From Chloroflexota bacterium (lineage in GTDB: Bacteria > Chloroflexota > Dormibacteria > Aeolococcales > Aeolococcaceae): a stretch of 64,000 nucleotides of DNA. The notes below the pieces were generated by a model. It worked only from the letters and a program-made list of their open reading frames with translations. It did not search any database and was not told the DNA's origin. Every line of letters begins with the position of its first letter. Position 1 is the stretch's first letter. Of the stretch, positions 9,339 to 18,521 are shown in pieces. Where the stretch lies: NCBI GenBank assembly GCA_005880985.1, contig VBIQ01000024.1:6429-70428 (forward strand), given 5' to 3'. The position numbers and the translations under genes were made by a program.

Positions 9339-10631
9339 CTAGTTGGCGATCGCCGTCGTCTCCAGGCGCTCGATCTGCTCGACGCGAAAACGGCCCTCGT
9401 GCGGAGCCATGCTCACGCTGATGGGGAGGTGTCCCGCGATCTCCTGAGCGGCCGCCACGCGATCGACGTCGTGCGCTGCGAGGATGTCGACCGCGCGGGC
9501 GCGCCAGGCCGCGGCGTCGCCGGTGCGGGCGGCGAGGATGACGGAGATACCGCCGCCGGGGAGCATCCACGTCGCCGCCGCGGCCGCGCCAGGCAGGGCG
9601 TCATCGACGGCGATCCAGTCTGGGCTGAGGGCGAGCGCCGCCTCGACCGCGGCTTCGCCGTGACCCGCGGCGGACCGCACCCGAACCGCCTGTGGGGAAA
9701 CGGTGCGGATTGCGGGGCGCCTCTCGACAACCACGATCCGTGCTCCACGAGGCACCTCGTCGATGAGCGCCTCGAGCATCGACGTTCGTCCGCTGCGGGC
9801 GATGCCGGTGATCAGCACACCCTCCCCGCGCGCCACCACCTGCTGGAGGCCGGCAACGCTCGAGGCATCCAACACCCCGGCTGCGGCGAGGTTGCGCAGG
9901 CCGACGGGCGTTGGTCGGCGCTGCGCGACGAGCACGGGCCGCGCCGTCAGTGGGGGCCGGAACACCTCGACGAGCACGGCCTCGTTGCTCAGGGTGGCAA
10001 CGTAGCCACCGCTTGACGGATCGCTGGAGGTGAGGCGGCAGAGCTGCTCCCACAGCGCATTCCACGCCTTGGCGGTCACCACGCCGGAGCCGGTCTGACC
10101 CCATTCTCCGGCGCGGCGCAAACGGACCTTGGTACCCGGTTCGACGACGAGGTGGGTGATTGCCGGGTCGGCGAAGGCGCGGAACACCTGGCTCACGAAG
10201 GCGCTGGTGCCACCGTCGCCGGCAGCGGGCGGGGATTGCGGTGGAGGCGCGCTCTTCGGCGGAGCGGTGGCCGCCGGCGAGGGTGTCCGGGCCTCTGCGT
10301 TGCCGCCGCCCTCGAGCTCGAGATGCAACTCCACCGGGCCGACGCGGAGGACCGACTTGGCACCGGCGACCGCGGGGACGTTCGGCTTGAGCCGGCGTCC
10401 GTCGAGCATCGAACCGTTGCTCGAATCGAGGTCGGTGACCACCAGCCGGCCTTCCTTGAGGTCGAGCGAGACATGCTGGCGCGACACCTTCGACTCCGGG
10501 TCGAGCGCCGAGAGGTCGCAGTCCAGGGTGCTTGGCGCGCCGTCCTGGTACCGGCCGAGGACCGCGGGGAAGCGGTCGATGCGAACGGTCGATCCGTCCG
10601 CGCCGCGCACGACGACCGCTGCGCTGCTCAT
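9339..10631 (-). CDS. FHA domain fused to a degenerate CpaF/VirB11-like ATPase
   Basis: FHA motifs LGR...VSRQH...DLDSSNGS; Pro linker; ATPase-like C-half with GIARSGRTS and LALSPDWIAVDD. Confidence 0.8.
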   Translation of the reverse strand: MSSAAVVVRGADGSTVRIDRFPAVLGRYQDGAPSTLDCDLSALDPESKVSRQHVSLDLKEGRLVVTDLDSSNGSMLDGRRLKPNVPAVAGAKSVLRVGPVELHLELEGGGNAEARTPSPAATAPPKSAPPPQSPPAAGDGGTSAFVSQVFRAFADPAITHLVVEPGTKVRLRRAGEWGQTGSGVVTAKAWNALWEQLCRLTSSDPSSGGYVATLSNEAVLVEVFRPPLTARPVLVAQRRPTPVGLRNLAAAGVLDASSVAGLQQVVARGEGVLITGIARSGRTSMLEALIDEVPRGARIVVVERRPAIRTVSPQAVRVRSAAGHGEAAVEAALALSPDWIAVDDALPGAAAAATWMLPGGGISVILAARTGDAAAWRARAVDILAAHDVDRVAAAQEIAGHLPISVSMAPHEGRFRVEQIERLETTAIAN

Positions 10632-12754
10632 GGCGCCGCCATCATCGACAGGGGTCGGTGCACTGTCAATTCAGTGCCGGGGCCGGTGCGGGTGGATGCG
10701 GTGGCGGCACTGTGCCGGTGGTCGGGCTGGACGACCCACGACGCGAGCTGGGTCCGGTTGTCGAGCCGGAGCTTCTGCAGGATGCGGCCCACGTGATGAT
10801 CGACGGTGCGATGGCTGATCGACAGCCGCGCCGCGATCGTCCGGTTGGTGAGGCCCTCGGCGACCAGGGCGCAGACCTCGAGCTCGCGCTCGCTCAGCGC
10901 CTCGCGCGACGCCGGGCGTCCACGCGCCAGGGACCGCTCGATCCGGGCCAGCTCGGCGAGGGCGCCGCAGGCGTGCGCCAGCTGTCGCGCTTCGGCCAGC
11001 GCGGAGGCCGCTGCGGTCGGACGTCCGTTGGCGTCAGAGGCGACGCTGAGGACCCGCAGGGACCGAACGCGCTCCAGGGGGGACACGAGCCGCTGTGCGA
11101 TCGCCTGTTCGGCGGCGTGCAACCCCCCTGCCGTGTCACGCAGCGCCATGCACACCAGTGCGCGCGAGCGGGCGCGAAGTTCCACGGTGAGCGGTGCCGT
11201 CGTACCGGCGGTGAGCGCGTCCAGCCGTTCGACGGCAGCGGTCGCGTTGCCCACCTGCCCTCGGACAAGCTCGGTCTCGACAACGTCGGGAAGCATCGCC
11301 GTCTCGCCGGCAACCGAGCGACACCCTGCCTGGGCGCGGACGGCCCAGGACAGCCACCGGGCGGCGGCGTCGGGACTGCCGCTGTTGGCCAGCGCCCGAC
11401 CCGCCGCCCACGCCGACCACGCCGCGGGGCGAAGTCCCAGCGCCTGCCGGTCGAGGGCGAGCAGCGCGCCGACGACGCGCCGGATGGCCGGCTGGTCGGC
11501 CCGGTCCGCGGCGACCAGGGCTTCCAGGCCCAAGCGGTATGGCGCTGCTGCCGGGAGCACGCGGTCGATGTCGGCGCACGCCGCCAGCAGCGCGGTGCAC
11601 TCCTCGAGCTCTCCGGTCCGCCACCGGCACCACGCCAGGGTGAGAGCCGCGCGCATGTGCGCCGGTCCCGGTGGCTGGCCGTCGAGCGAACGCATCCCGG
11701 CGAGCGCTCGGGTCGTGGCGCCGTCCGCGTCTCCCGCGAGCAGGAGTGCCTGGGCGAGCGCCGGCATCACGTCCGGCACTCGACGCCCGGACATGGCTGC
11801 CTCGGCGCGCTCGATGTGCCGCTCGACCTGCGGTGCATCACCGAGTTCGGCGACCGCGACCGCCGCCAGCGCCTGCGCGTGAGCGGCGGCGCCGGCGTCC
11901 CGGATCGTGGCGGCCGCGGCCAGCGCCTCGCCGGCCAGGTGCAGCGCGCTCGAGGGCGACCCGGATTCGAGAACGCTCCACCCGCGCAGTACGGTGATCC
12001 GGCATTCCCGAGGCTGGTCGCGGCGGGAGGCGCCGTCCGTGCCCGTGGTGGGACGGAAATCACCGGTGGGGATACGCACGCTGCGCAGCGCCTGCTCGAG
12101 GCGGACGCGGTCGTAGCGCGTCCGGTGTCGCGGCGCCAGCTCGTCGGCGAGTGCGGCCAGTACGCCGGGGGTGCCGTTTGCTGACCGCACCAGATGCTCG
12201 ACGAGCGCAGGGCTCAAACGCAGTGCGGTACCGGCCCGCTGCTCGAGCATGGCGATCGAGTCGTCGACGTCGAGGTGGCGCAGTAGCAACCGGCGTCCCG
12301 TGCCCTCGTCGATGCATCGGCGGAGGGGAGCGAGCACACCATTCTGTCCGCGCCCAGGCGGGGTTGTGCACGAGGCGACCAGCAGGACCCACGGGGGACT
12401 GATGGCGTTCGCTGCGAGAATGGTGACGAGCCTGGCGTCCAGGCGGTCGGCGTCGTCGGCGAGGACGACCAGCCGGCGGGAGACCCCGGCCGCGCCATCG
12501 AGGCGCGCCTGCAGGTCACCAGCGGTGACGCCATCGTTGGTCAGGTCCAGCACCTCGAGACCTTGAGCGGTGGCGGCCGCGGCCAGCCATCGCACCAGCG
12601 CCGTCCGCCCGCTGCCGGGGCCGCCCTCGATGAGCGCCGTCGAGGGACCGGCGCCGGAGAGCGCGGCGAGCAGCAGCGACTGCTCGTCTGAACGTCCCAC
12701 CAAGACGTGGCCCCCGCTCGCCGCCCTGCCTGCGGCCCCCCTCGCAGTCGGCAC
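10628..12754 (-). CDS. large ATP-binding LuxR-family transcriptional regulator (LAL-type)
   Basis: LVGRSDEQ, GGPGSGRT P-loop, VVLADDAD, C-terminal LSERELEV..VAEGLTNRTIA..L.IS.RTVDHHV HTH; GTG start inferred. Confidence 0.88.
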   Translation of the reverse strand: MPTARGAAGRAASGGHVLVGRSDEQSLLLAALSGAGPSTALIEGGPGSGRTALVRWLAAAATAQGLEVLDLTNDGVTAGDLQARLDGAAGVSRRLVVLADDADRLDARLVTILAANAISPPWVLLVASCTTPPGRGQNGVLAPLRRCIDEGTGRRLLLRHLDVDDSIAMLEQRAGTALRLSPALVEHLVRSANGTPGVLAALADELAPRHRTRYDRVRLEQALRSVRIPTGDFRPTTGTDGASRRDQPRECRITVLRGWSVLESGSPSSALHLAGEALAAAATIRDAGAAAHAQALAAVAVAELGDAPQVERHIERAEAAMSGRRVPDVMPALAQALLLAGDADGATTRALAGMRSLDGQPPGPAHMRAALTLAWCRWRTGELEECTALLAACADIDRVLPAAAPYRLGLEALVAADRADQPAIRRVVGALLALDRQALGLRPAAWSAWAAGRALANSGSPDAAARWLSWAVRAQAGCRSVAGETAMLPDVVETELVRGQVGNATAAVERLDALTAGTTAPLTVELRARSRALVCMALRDTAGGLHAAEQAIAQRLVSPLERVRSLRVLSVASDANGRPTAAASALAEARQLAHACGALAELARIERSLARGRPASREALSERELEVCALVAEGLTNRTIAARLSISHRTVDHHVGRILQKLRLDNRTQLASWVVQPDHRHSAATASTRTGPGTELTVHRPLSMMAAP

Positions 12755-13025
12755 CGACGAAGTATCGCACCGTCTGCGCCCGTGTACGTGCGACGGCAAT
12801 GGGCAATTTCGCCGATGCCGGTCCCCTGGGAACCGGCTGGCCGCCGGCGGGGCCGTGGCCGCCCAGATCAGGGCCAGGACCGGCGCGGGTATCGGACAGC
12901 GCCGATCGGTCTTTGTCCACGCAATAGGCCATCTCGCCGATGACACCTCTGGCCCGGCGGCAGAGACTGTCGGGCAGACGAGGTGGTCGGGCCGCTGTGG
13001 TCTGGACCGACGAGGGGGGACGACC

Positions 13026-16000
13026 GTGGCAGATGCGGCATTCCGCACCGTGGTGGCCCGCATGGCCGCCGACCCCGAGTTCGCGGCCCGAGTGCGCGGC
13101 GATGCGACCTCGGCTCTGGCGGAGTTCGACCTGACCGACGAGGAGCGCGCCCAGCTTGCGCTGCTCGAGTCCGACACCACCTCCTCCGCCGCCAATCTCG
13201 GACAACGCATCAGCAGGTCGTCGCTGTTCTTCGGCGGGTCCGGCGGCAGCGCGCCGCCGGGGACCGTGCCGCACGCCGCCGCCGAGGAGGCCGTGCAGGT
13301 GGCCCAGGCGGGCGATCAGCCGGTGGTCACCGTGCACGAGACGGCGGCGCACGCCATGGCGGCGTCGGGACAGGCGGATCCGACCCTGGCCTCGGCCGAC
13401 CTGGGGCAGGGCGGCCAGCCGAGCCTCGCCTCCGAGATCCAGCACGAGCACGACCTCGATCGGCAGATCGCCGAGTTGCGCATCGAGCGCGATCTGCTCG
13501 ATGCCCGGATCACCGAGCAGACCCTCGCCGGTGGCGGCGATCCCGGGCTCACGTCTCCGGGTGACGGAGGGGCGATGGTTCCGGGCGGTCTGGGGCACGG
13601 CGTGCCCGGTGGTGTCGGCGGGTCGCCGCTCGAGGCGATCCCGTCGCTCGGTCACCCGCACCCCGGCGCACCCCACGGCGGCATGCCTCCCGGGGCGGTG
13701 GCGCATGCGGAAGCGCGCCATCCCGGCGCCCCGGCGGGGCACGCGGGTGGCGGCGTCCCCGGGGCACCGGCGGTGCATCCGGGAGGTGGCAGTCAACCAG
13801 GGGTCCAGGCGCCCGGTGCAGGGGCGGGTTCGGCCGCAACCCCGCACGGCGCCGGAGCGCCGCCGGTGCCTCCCTGGGCGCACCCCGGCGCGATCGCCGC
13901 CGCCGCGCACCCCGGCTCGGCGGCCGCGCCACCGTCGCCGGCGGGGCATGGGCAGCATTCGTTCGGCGGTGGCGCGGTGCGCCCGGGTGCCGGCGCCGGC
14001 GCCGCGACCGCTCCGCATGCGCCCGGCACAACGCAACACCCGGGTGCCGGTGCGGGCACCGCGAGCGCGCCGCATCCGCAGACGGCGGCGCCCGTCCCCG
14101 ACAGCGTCTCGCACTTCGCGCGGTCGGTCCAGGACTACGTGCACCGAACCCACCATCAGCCGAGCGAGGAGTGGTACACGTATCTGCGCCAGCACGGCGC
14201 GCCGCCCGCCGATGACAACTACGGGCCCCCCCCCGTGCATCCCGGGTTCACCGCCCCACGCCCCGGGACGCCCTTCGGACCGTCACCCGCGGCTCCCACC
14301 GTCTCGCCCCAGGACGCGCAGCTGCTACCGCACACCGGCGACCCGGTGGTCGACGCCGCCAACCAGCACATCCTCGCGGACTACCTGCAGCACTACCACC
14401 ACCGGCCGACCGATGCGTGGTTGGCGTACTTCCGCGATTTCGGTCATCCGCCCAAGGACGACCTCTTCGGCATGCCTGGGCACCCTCACCCTGACGGGCC
14501 TCCGGCGGTCGGCCTCAAGCCAAAGCCCGACACGACGACCACCACGTCCAAGCCACCCAAGCCCGGCACCACGACCGGAGGCGGTGGCGGTGGTGGCCGT
14601 CCCAGCGGCGGCGGTGGCGCCGGCGCAAGTGGTGGCCATCCCGGCGGAGGAAGTGGTGGTGGTGGGCAGCCAGCCGGTGGCGGCGGTGGGGGAGGTCACG
14701 GCGGTCACAGTGGTCCCACCCAGCCCGGCGGCAGGGGTGCCAACCCTGATCCGTGGGGAAGCATGGGCGTGCAGGACCCGGGACAGTGGCAGGAGCCGCA
14801 CCCCGGTCCGCATCCGCCGCACCCCGGTGACGGGACGGGCGACCACGGCAAACACGTGCCACCGACGCCCGACTCCACGCACGATCACCTGGGACCTCAC
14901 GGTGAGCTGATCAAGGCCGACGGCAGCCCCATCCTGGGACCACATGGCGAGCTGCTCGGCGCCGACCACAAGCCCATTCTCGGCACCAGTGGCGAACTTC
15001 TCGGACCAGGGATGCAGGGGGTGTTGGGGCCCCACGGCGAAATCGTCGGTCCCGACGGCAAGCCTATCCTGGGCGAGAACGGCGAGATCCTGGGGCGCGA
15101 CGGCTCGCCGCTCACCGGCCCGCACGACGAGATCCTCGGCCCGAATGGAAAGCCGATCCTCGGTGATCACGGCGAGATCCTCGACTTCCACAGCGACCCG
15201 ATCACCGGGCCCCACGACGAGATTCTCGGCCCCGATGGCAAGCCGATCCTCGGAGCCCATGGCGAGATCCTCGACGTCGACGGCAAGTCGATGGTGGGCA
15301 GCAGCGGCGAGATCCTCGGCCCCGACGGGAACCCCGCGCTCGGCCAGCACGGCGAGATCATCCATCCCGACGGATCGCCCTTCCTCGGCAATCTCGGCGA
15401 GCTGCAGGGACCCAACGGCATCCCCGCGCACGGGTCGCACGGGGAGATCCTCGGCCCCGACGGTACGCCGCTCCTTGGGGCGAACAACGAGCTGCTCCGT
15501 CCCGACGGGGATTCGCTCACCGGCGCTCACGGCGAGATCCTCGGTCGCGACGGCACGCCGATCACCGGGTCGCACGGCGAGATCCTCGACCCCGACATGC
15601 ACCAGCTCACCGGTGGGCATGGCGAGATCCTCGGTCCCGACGGCACTCCGGTTTTGGGCAGCAATGGCGAGATCCTGAACACCGACGGCAACGCGATCCT
15701 CGGCAACAATGCCGAGCTGCTCAAGCCCGACGGCACCCCGGTGACCGGTCCGCACGGCGAGGTCCTGGGCGATGGCGGGGCGCCCCTATTGGGTCCCGAC
15801 CACGAACTGCAGGACGCGAACTTCGCACCGATTCTCGGTTCCCATGGGGAGATCCTGGGGGGCGACGGCATGCCGGTGTTGGGCGGCAACGGCGAGCTGA
15901 TGGGCCCCGGCGGACAGCAGATCCTGGGCTCTCATGGCGAGATCCTCGACAGCGGTGGGAAACCGATCCTGGGTCTGAACGGCGAGATCCTCGACACCAA

Positions 16001-16730
16001 TGGCAATCCGATCACCGACTCCAACGGCAACCCGATGGGCGAGAACGGCCAACCGATCGGCGCCAGCACTGGACAAGACGCGTCACAGCAGACAACGAGC
16101 ACGACCGCGGATGGATCGCAACCGACTGCCACGGCCACGTCGGCCGATGCGTCGCAGCAGACCACGGCGACGTCAGACACCACTCAGCAGACGGCGACTG
16201 ATCCGACACAGCAGGCGGCGGCTCAGGCGGCAGTAGATCAAGCGGCCCAGCAGGCGACAGCCGACCAGGCGGCGCAACCGGCGGCCGACCAGGCGGCGCA
16301 GCAGGCGGCGGCGCAAGCGGCAGCGGACCAGGCGGCGCAGCAGGCGGCGGCGCAAGCGGCAGCCGACCAGGCGGCGCAGCAGGCGGCGGCGCAAGCGGCA
16401 GCGGACCAGGCGGCGCAGCAGGCGGCGGCGCAGGCGGCAGCGGACCAGGCGGCGCAGCAGGCGGCGGCGCAGGCGGCAGCGGACCAGGCGGCGCAGCAGG
16501 CGGCGGCGCAGGCGGCAGCCGACCAGGCGGCGCAGCAGGCGGCGGCGCAAGCAGCAGCAGACCAGGCGGCGCAGCAAGCAGCGGCGGACCAGGCCGCGGC
16601 GCAAGCGGCAGCCGACCAGGCCGCGGCACAGGCGGCAGCAGACCAGGCCGCGGCACAGGCGGCAGCAGACCAGGCGGCTGCGGACGCCGCCGCCGCCGCG
16701 TCCGCGGCACCGTCGGACGGAAGCAGCTAA
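13026..16730 (+). CDS. NHLP-clan-like leader protein 1 (1234 aa): Pro/Gly/His-rich region, 15-aa repeat array, Ala/Gln tail
   Basis: GAGGGGG RBS + GTG; N-terminus ARMAADPEFAARVRGD...FDLTDEER...LGQRISRSSLFFGG shared with five paralogues. Confidence 0.85.
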   Translation: MADAAFRTVVARMAADPEFAARVRGDATSALAEFDLTDEERAQLALLESDTTSSAANLGQRISRSSLFFGGSGGSAPPGTVPHAAAEEAVQVAQAGDQPVVTVHETAAHAMAASGQADPTLASADLGQGGQPSLASEIQHEHDLDRQIAELRIERDLLDARITEQTLAGGGDPGLTSPGDGGAMVPGGLGHGVPGGVGGSPLEAIPSLGHPHPGAPHGGMPPGAVAHAEARHPGAPAGHAGGGVPGAPAVHPGGGSQPGVQAPGAGAGSAATPHGAGAPPVPPWAHPGAIAAAAHPGSAAAPPSPAGHGQHSFGGGAVRPGAGAGAATAPHAPGTTQHPGAGAGTASAPHPQTAAPVPDSVSHFARSVQDYVHRTHHQPSEEWYTYLRQHGAPPADDNYGPPPVHPGFTAPRPGTPFGPSPAAPTVSPQDAQLLPHTGDPVVDAANQHILADYLQHYHHRPTDAWLAYFRDFGHPPKDDLFGMPGHPHPDGPPAVGLKPKPDTTTTTSKPPKPGTTTGGGGGGGRPSGGGGAGASGGHPGGGSGGGGQPAGGGGGGGHGGHSGPTQPGGRGANPDPWGSMGVQDPGQWQEPHPGPHPPHPGDGTGDHGKHVPPTPDSTHDHLGPHGELIKADGSPILGPHGELLGADHKPILGTSGELLGPGMQGVLGPHGEIVGPDGKPILGENGEILGRDGSPLTGPHDEILGPNGKPILGDHGEILDFHSDPITGPHDEILGPDGKPILGAHGEILDVDGKSMVGSSGEILGPDGNPALGQHGEIIHPDGSPFLGNLGELQGPNGIPAHGSHGEILGPDGTPLLGANNELLRPDGDSLTGAHGEILGRDGTPITGSHGEILDPDMHQLTGGHGEILGPDGTPVLGSNGEILNTDGNAILGNNAELLKPDGTPVTGPHGEVLGDGGAPLLGPDHELQDANFAPILGSHGEILGGDGMPVLGGNGELMGPGGQQILGSHGEILDSGGKPILGLNGEILDTNGNPITDSNGNPMGENGQPIGASTGQDASQQTTSTTADGSQPTATATSADASQQTTATSDTTQQTATDPTQQAAAQAAVDQAAQQATADQAAQPAADQAAQQAAAQAAADQAAQQAAAQAAADQAAQQAAAQAAADQAAQQAAAQAAADQAAQQAAAQAAADQAAQQAAAQAAADQAAQQAAAQAAADQAAQQAAADQAAAQAAADQAAAQAAADQAAAQAAADQAAADAAAAASAAPSDGSS
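14890..16015 (+). repeat. ~25 copies of a 45-bp/15-aa repeat (GPHGEILGPDGKPIL consensus)
   Basis: Recurrent ggcgagatcctc every ~45 bp. Confidence 0.9.
16210..16700 (+). repeat. 39-bp tandem repeat encoding QAAAQAAADQAAQ
   Basis: Near-perfect tandem caggcggcgcagcaggcggcggcgca units. Confidence 0.95.
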
Positions 16731-16760
16731 TGACGCCGCAACCCATCAGGGCCGACTGAC

Positions 16761-18521
16761 GTGCTCTGTCCACAGTGTCACATCCACACGGACCCGGACT
16801 TCCCCTACTGCCTGCGCTGCGGGCGTCAGCAGGGCAACGGTTCCCTGAGCGGCTGGGCCCCGCCCGAGTTGCACCCGGTGGAAGCACCCGCGGTCGCCTT
16901 CCCGCTGGTGAAGCGCTCGGTCTCGGTCGGACGCGATGACGCCAACGACATCGTCGTCGAGGACGGTCGGGCGTCACGTCAGCATGCCCGGGTGGTCCGC
17001 GACCAGCAGGGCTATCGCGTCGAGGATCTCGACTCCCTGAACGGCACCTGGGTGAACGACGAGGTGGTGCGCGACTCCGGCCGCCGCCTCAATGATGGAG
17101 ACCTCATCCGCCTCGGGGCAACGCAGCTGCGCTTCGAGCAGCCGCGCACCTCGACGGTGGGGGGTCGGACGGTCGTCGACCTGGCACGGACGACGATGGT
17201 GCAGACCAGCACCGGTGGCATCCGTGAAGGCGACTCGGATGCCGCCGCCGGACCGCCGCTCGACCGCAGGCCCCGGCGCCACTCCGGCTGGGAGCTGAAG
17301 CAGGTTGCATCGGCGCAGAGCGAGCCGCGCTACGTGCTCCGCAACGCGCGCACCGGCCAGTACCTCCAGCTCACCGATCGCGATGTCTTCCTCTGGAACC
17401 TGCTCGACGGGGAGCACACCATCCGCGACCTGCTGCTCGCCTACGCGCAGCAGTACGGGCAGCTGGCGCTCGCACGCATCCAGGGACTGATGTCGCAGCT
17501 CGACGGTGCCGGGCTGATCGCTGGATGGCGGACCGCTCCGCCCGCGCAGTCTCCGGTCAGCGGTCTCCGTCGCGCGGGTCGTGCCACGGTCAAGGCCCTG
17601 ACCCGGATGGAGCTGGCCGTCGGTGGCATCGACGGGTTCCTGGGCCGCTTGTACACGCGTGTCGGCTGGTGGTTCTTCAGCCGTGCCGGCCAGGTCGTCG
17701 TCTGGGGACTGGTCGTGGCCGGGATCGTGGCGTTCTCGGAGGTGCGCAAGAACCAGCGACCCTTCGAGATCGCCGGTGCGGGCATCTGGGGAGTCGTCGC
17801 CGCATTTGCCGGCTACGTTCTCGCACTCACCATCCACGAGCTCGCCCACGCGCTCGCGGTGAAGTCGTACGGTCGGAGGGTCCACCGGGGCGGCCTGATG
17901 GTGATGATGGCGATGCCCTACGCGTTCGTCGACACCAGCGACATGTGGTTCGAGTCACGACGCGCCCGGATCGCCGTCTCCGTGGCCGGCCCGGCGTCCA
18001 CCGCGATGCTCGGGGGGATCCTGTCGCTCGGTGCGGCCTTCCTGCCGGGAGCCATCGCACCCGGCATCTGCTTCCAGGTCGCCTTCGGCCTCTACATCAA
18101 CACCGTTTTCAACCTCAATCCGCTCATCCCGCTCGACGGGTACTACGTCCTCATCGACCTCCTCGATCGCCCCCGTCTCAAGGAGGAGGCGGGCGCCTAC
18201 TTCCGCAAGGGACTCTGGGCCGACCTCCGGCACGGACGTCTGCCCGGCGCCGGTCAGCTGGCCCTTGCCGTCTACGGGGGCATCTCCTTCATCTCCACCA
18301 TCGGGTTCCTGCTGCTCGGCGTCTATGTCTGGCGGACCAGGCTGAGCACCCCCATCCGTGACCACGTCCCCGCGCCCCTCGACCAGGTCATCGTCGTCCT
18401 CGGACTCATCCTGCTGTTCTTCCCCGTGTGGTATGGACCGCTGACCAAACTCTCGCGGGTGGTGCGCCGCCGGCTGGAGAAGCTGCAAACGCCGGTGCAA
18501 CCGCAGCAGGTGCCGGCATGA
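16761..18521 (+). CDS. Zn-ribbon + FHA + PqqD/RRE-like domain + M50 (site-2) intramembrane metallopeptidase
   Basis: CPQC..CLRC; FHA VGR..ASRQHA..DLDSLNGT; RRE-like YVLRNARTGQYLQL...LWNLLDGEHTIRDL; HELAH, VAGP, NLNPLIPLDG. Confidence 0.88.
   Translation: MLCPQCHIHTDPDFPYCLRCGRQQGNGSLSGWAPPELHPVEAPAVAFPLVKRSVSVGRDDANDIVVEDGRASRQHARVVRDQQGYRVEDLDSLNGTWVNDEVVRDSGRRLNDGDLIRLGATQLRFEQPRTSTVGGRTVVDLARTTMVQTSTGGIREGDSDAAAGPPLDRRPRRHSGWELKQVASAQSEPRYVLRNARTGQYLQLTDRDVFLWNLLDGEHTIRDLLLAYAQQYGQLALARIQGLMSQLDGAGLIAGWRTAPPAQSPVSGLRRAGRATVKALTRMELAVGGIDGFLGRLYTRVGWWFFSRAGQVVVWGLVVAGIVAFSEVRKNQRPFEIAGAGIWGVVAAFAGYVLALTIHELAHALAVKSYGRRVHRGGLMVMMAMPYAFVDTSDMWFESRRARIAVSVAGPASTAMLGGILSLGAAFLPGAIAPGICFQVAFGLYINTVFNLNPLIPLDGYYVLIDLLDRPRLKEEAGAYFRKGLWADLRHGRLPGAGQLALAVYGGISFISTIGFLLLGVYVWRTRLSTPIRDHVPAPLDQVIVVLGLILLFFPVWYGPLTKLSRVVRRRLEKLQTPVQPQQVPA

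Noticed and set aside
10532-12184. Long Arg/Pro-rich antisense ORFs (also 2451..4067, 20382..22442, 35799..37538, 38254..39993, 46510..48306, 60202..61848)
   Set aside because: Shadow ORFs typical of very high-GC DNA, opposite well-supported genes and lacking motifs
12570-13025. ORF-track N-terminal extension of the 1386-aa ORF (likewise starts at 20133, 23914, 26273, 18428)
   Set aside because: Paralogue alignment and RBS or overlap positions place the starts at 13026, 20190, 24292, 26543 and 18518
16210-16700. Tandem repeats here and at 23960, 29902, 31828 and 48586 as CRISPR arrays
   Set aside because: No unique spacers, unit lengths are multiples of 3 and lie in frame within CDSs, no cas genes
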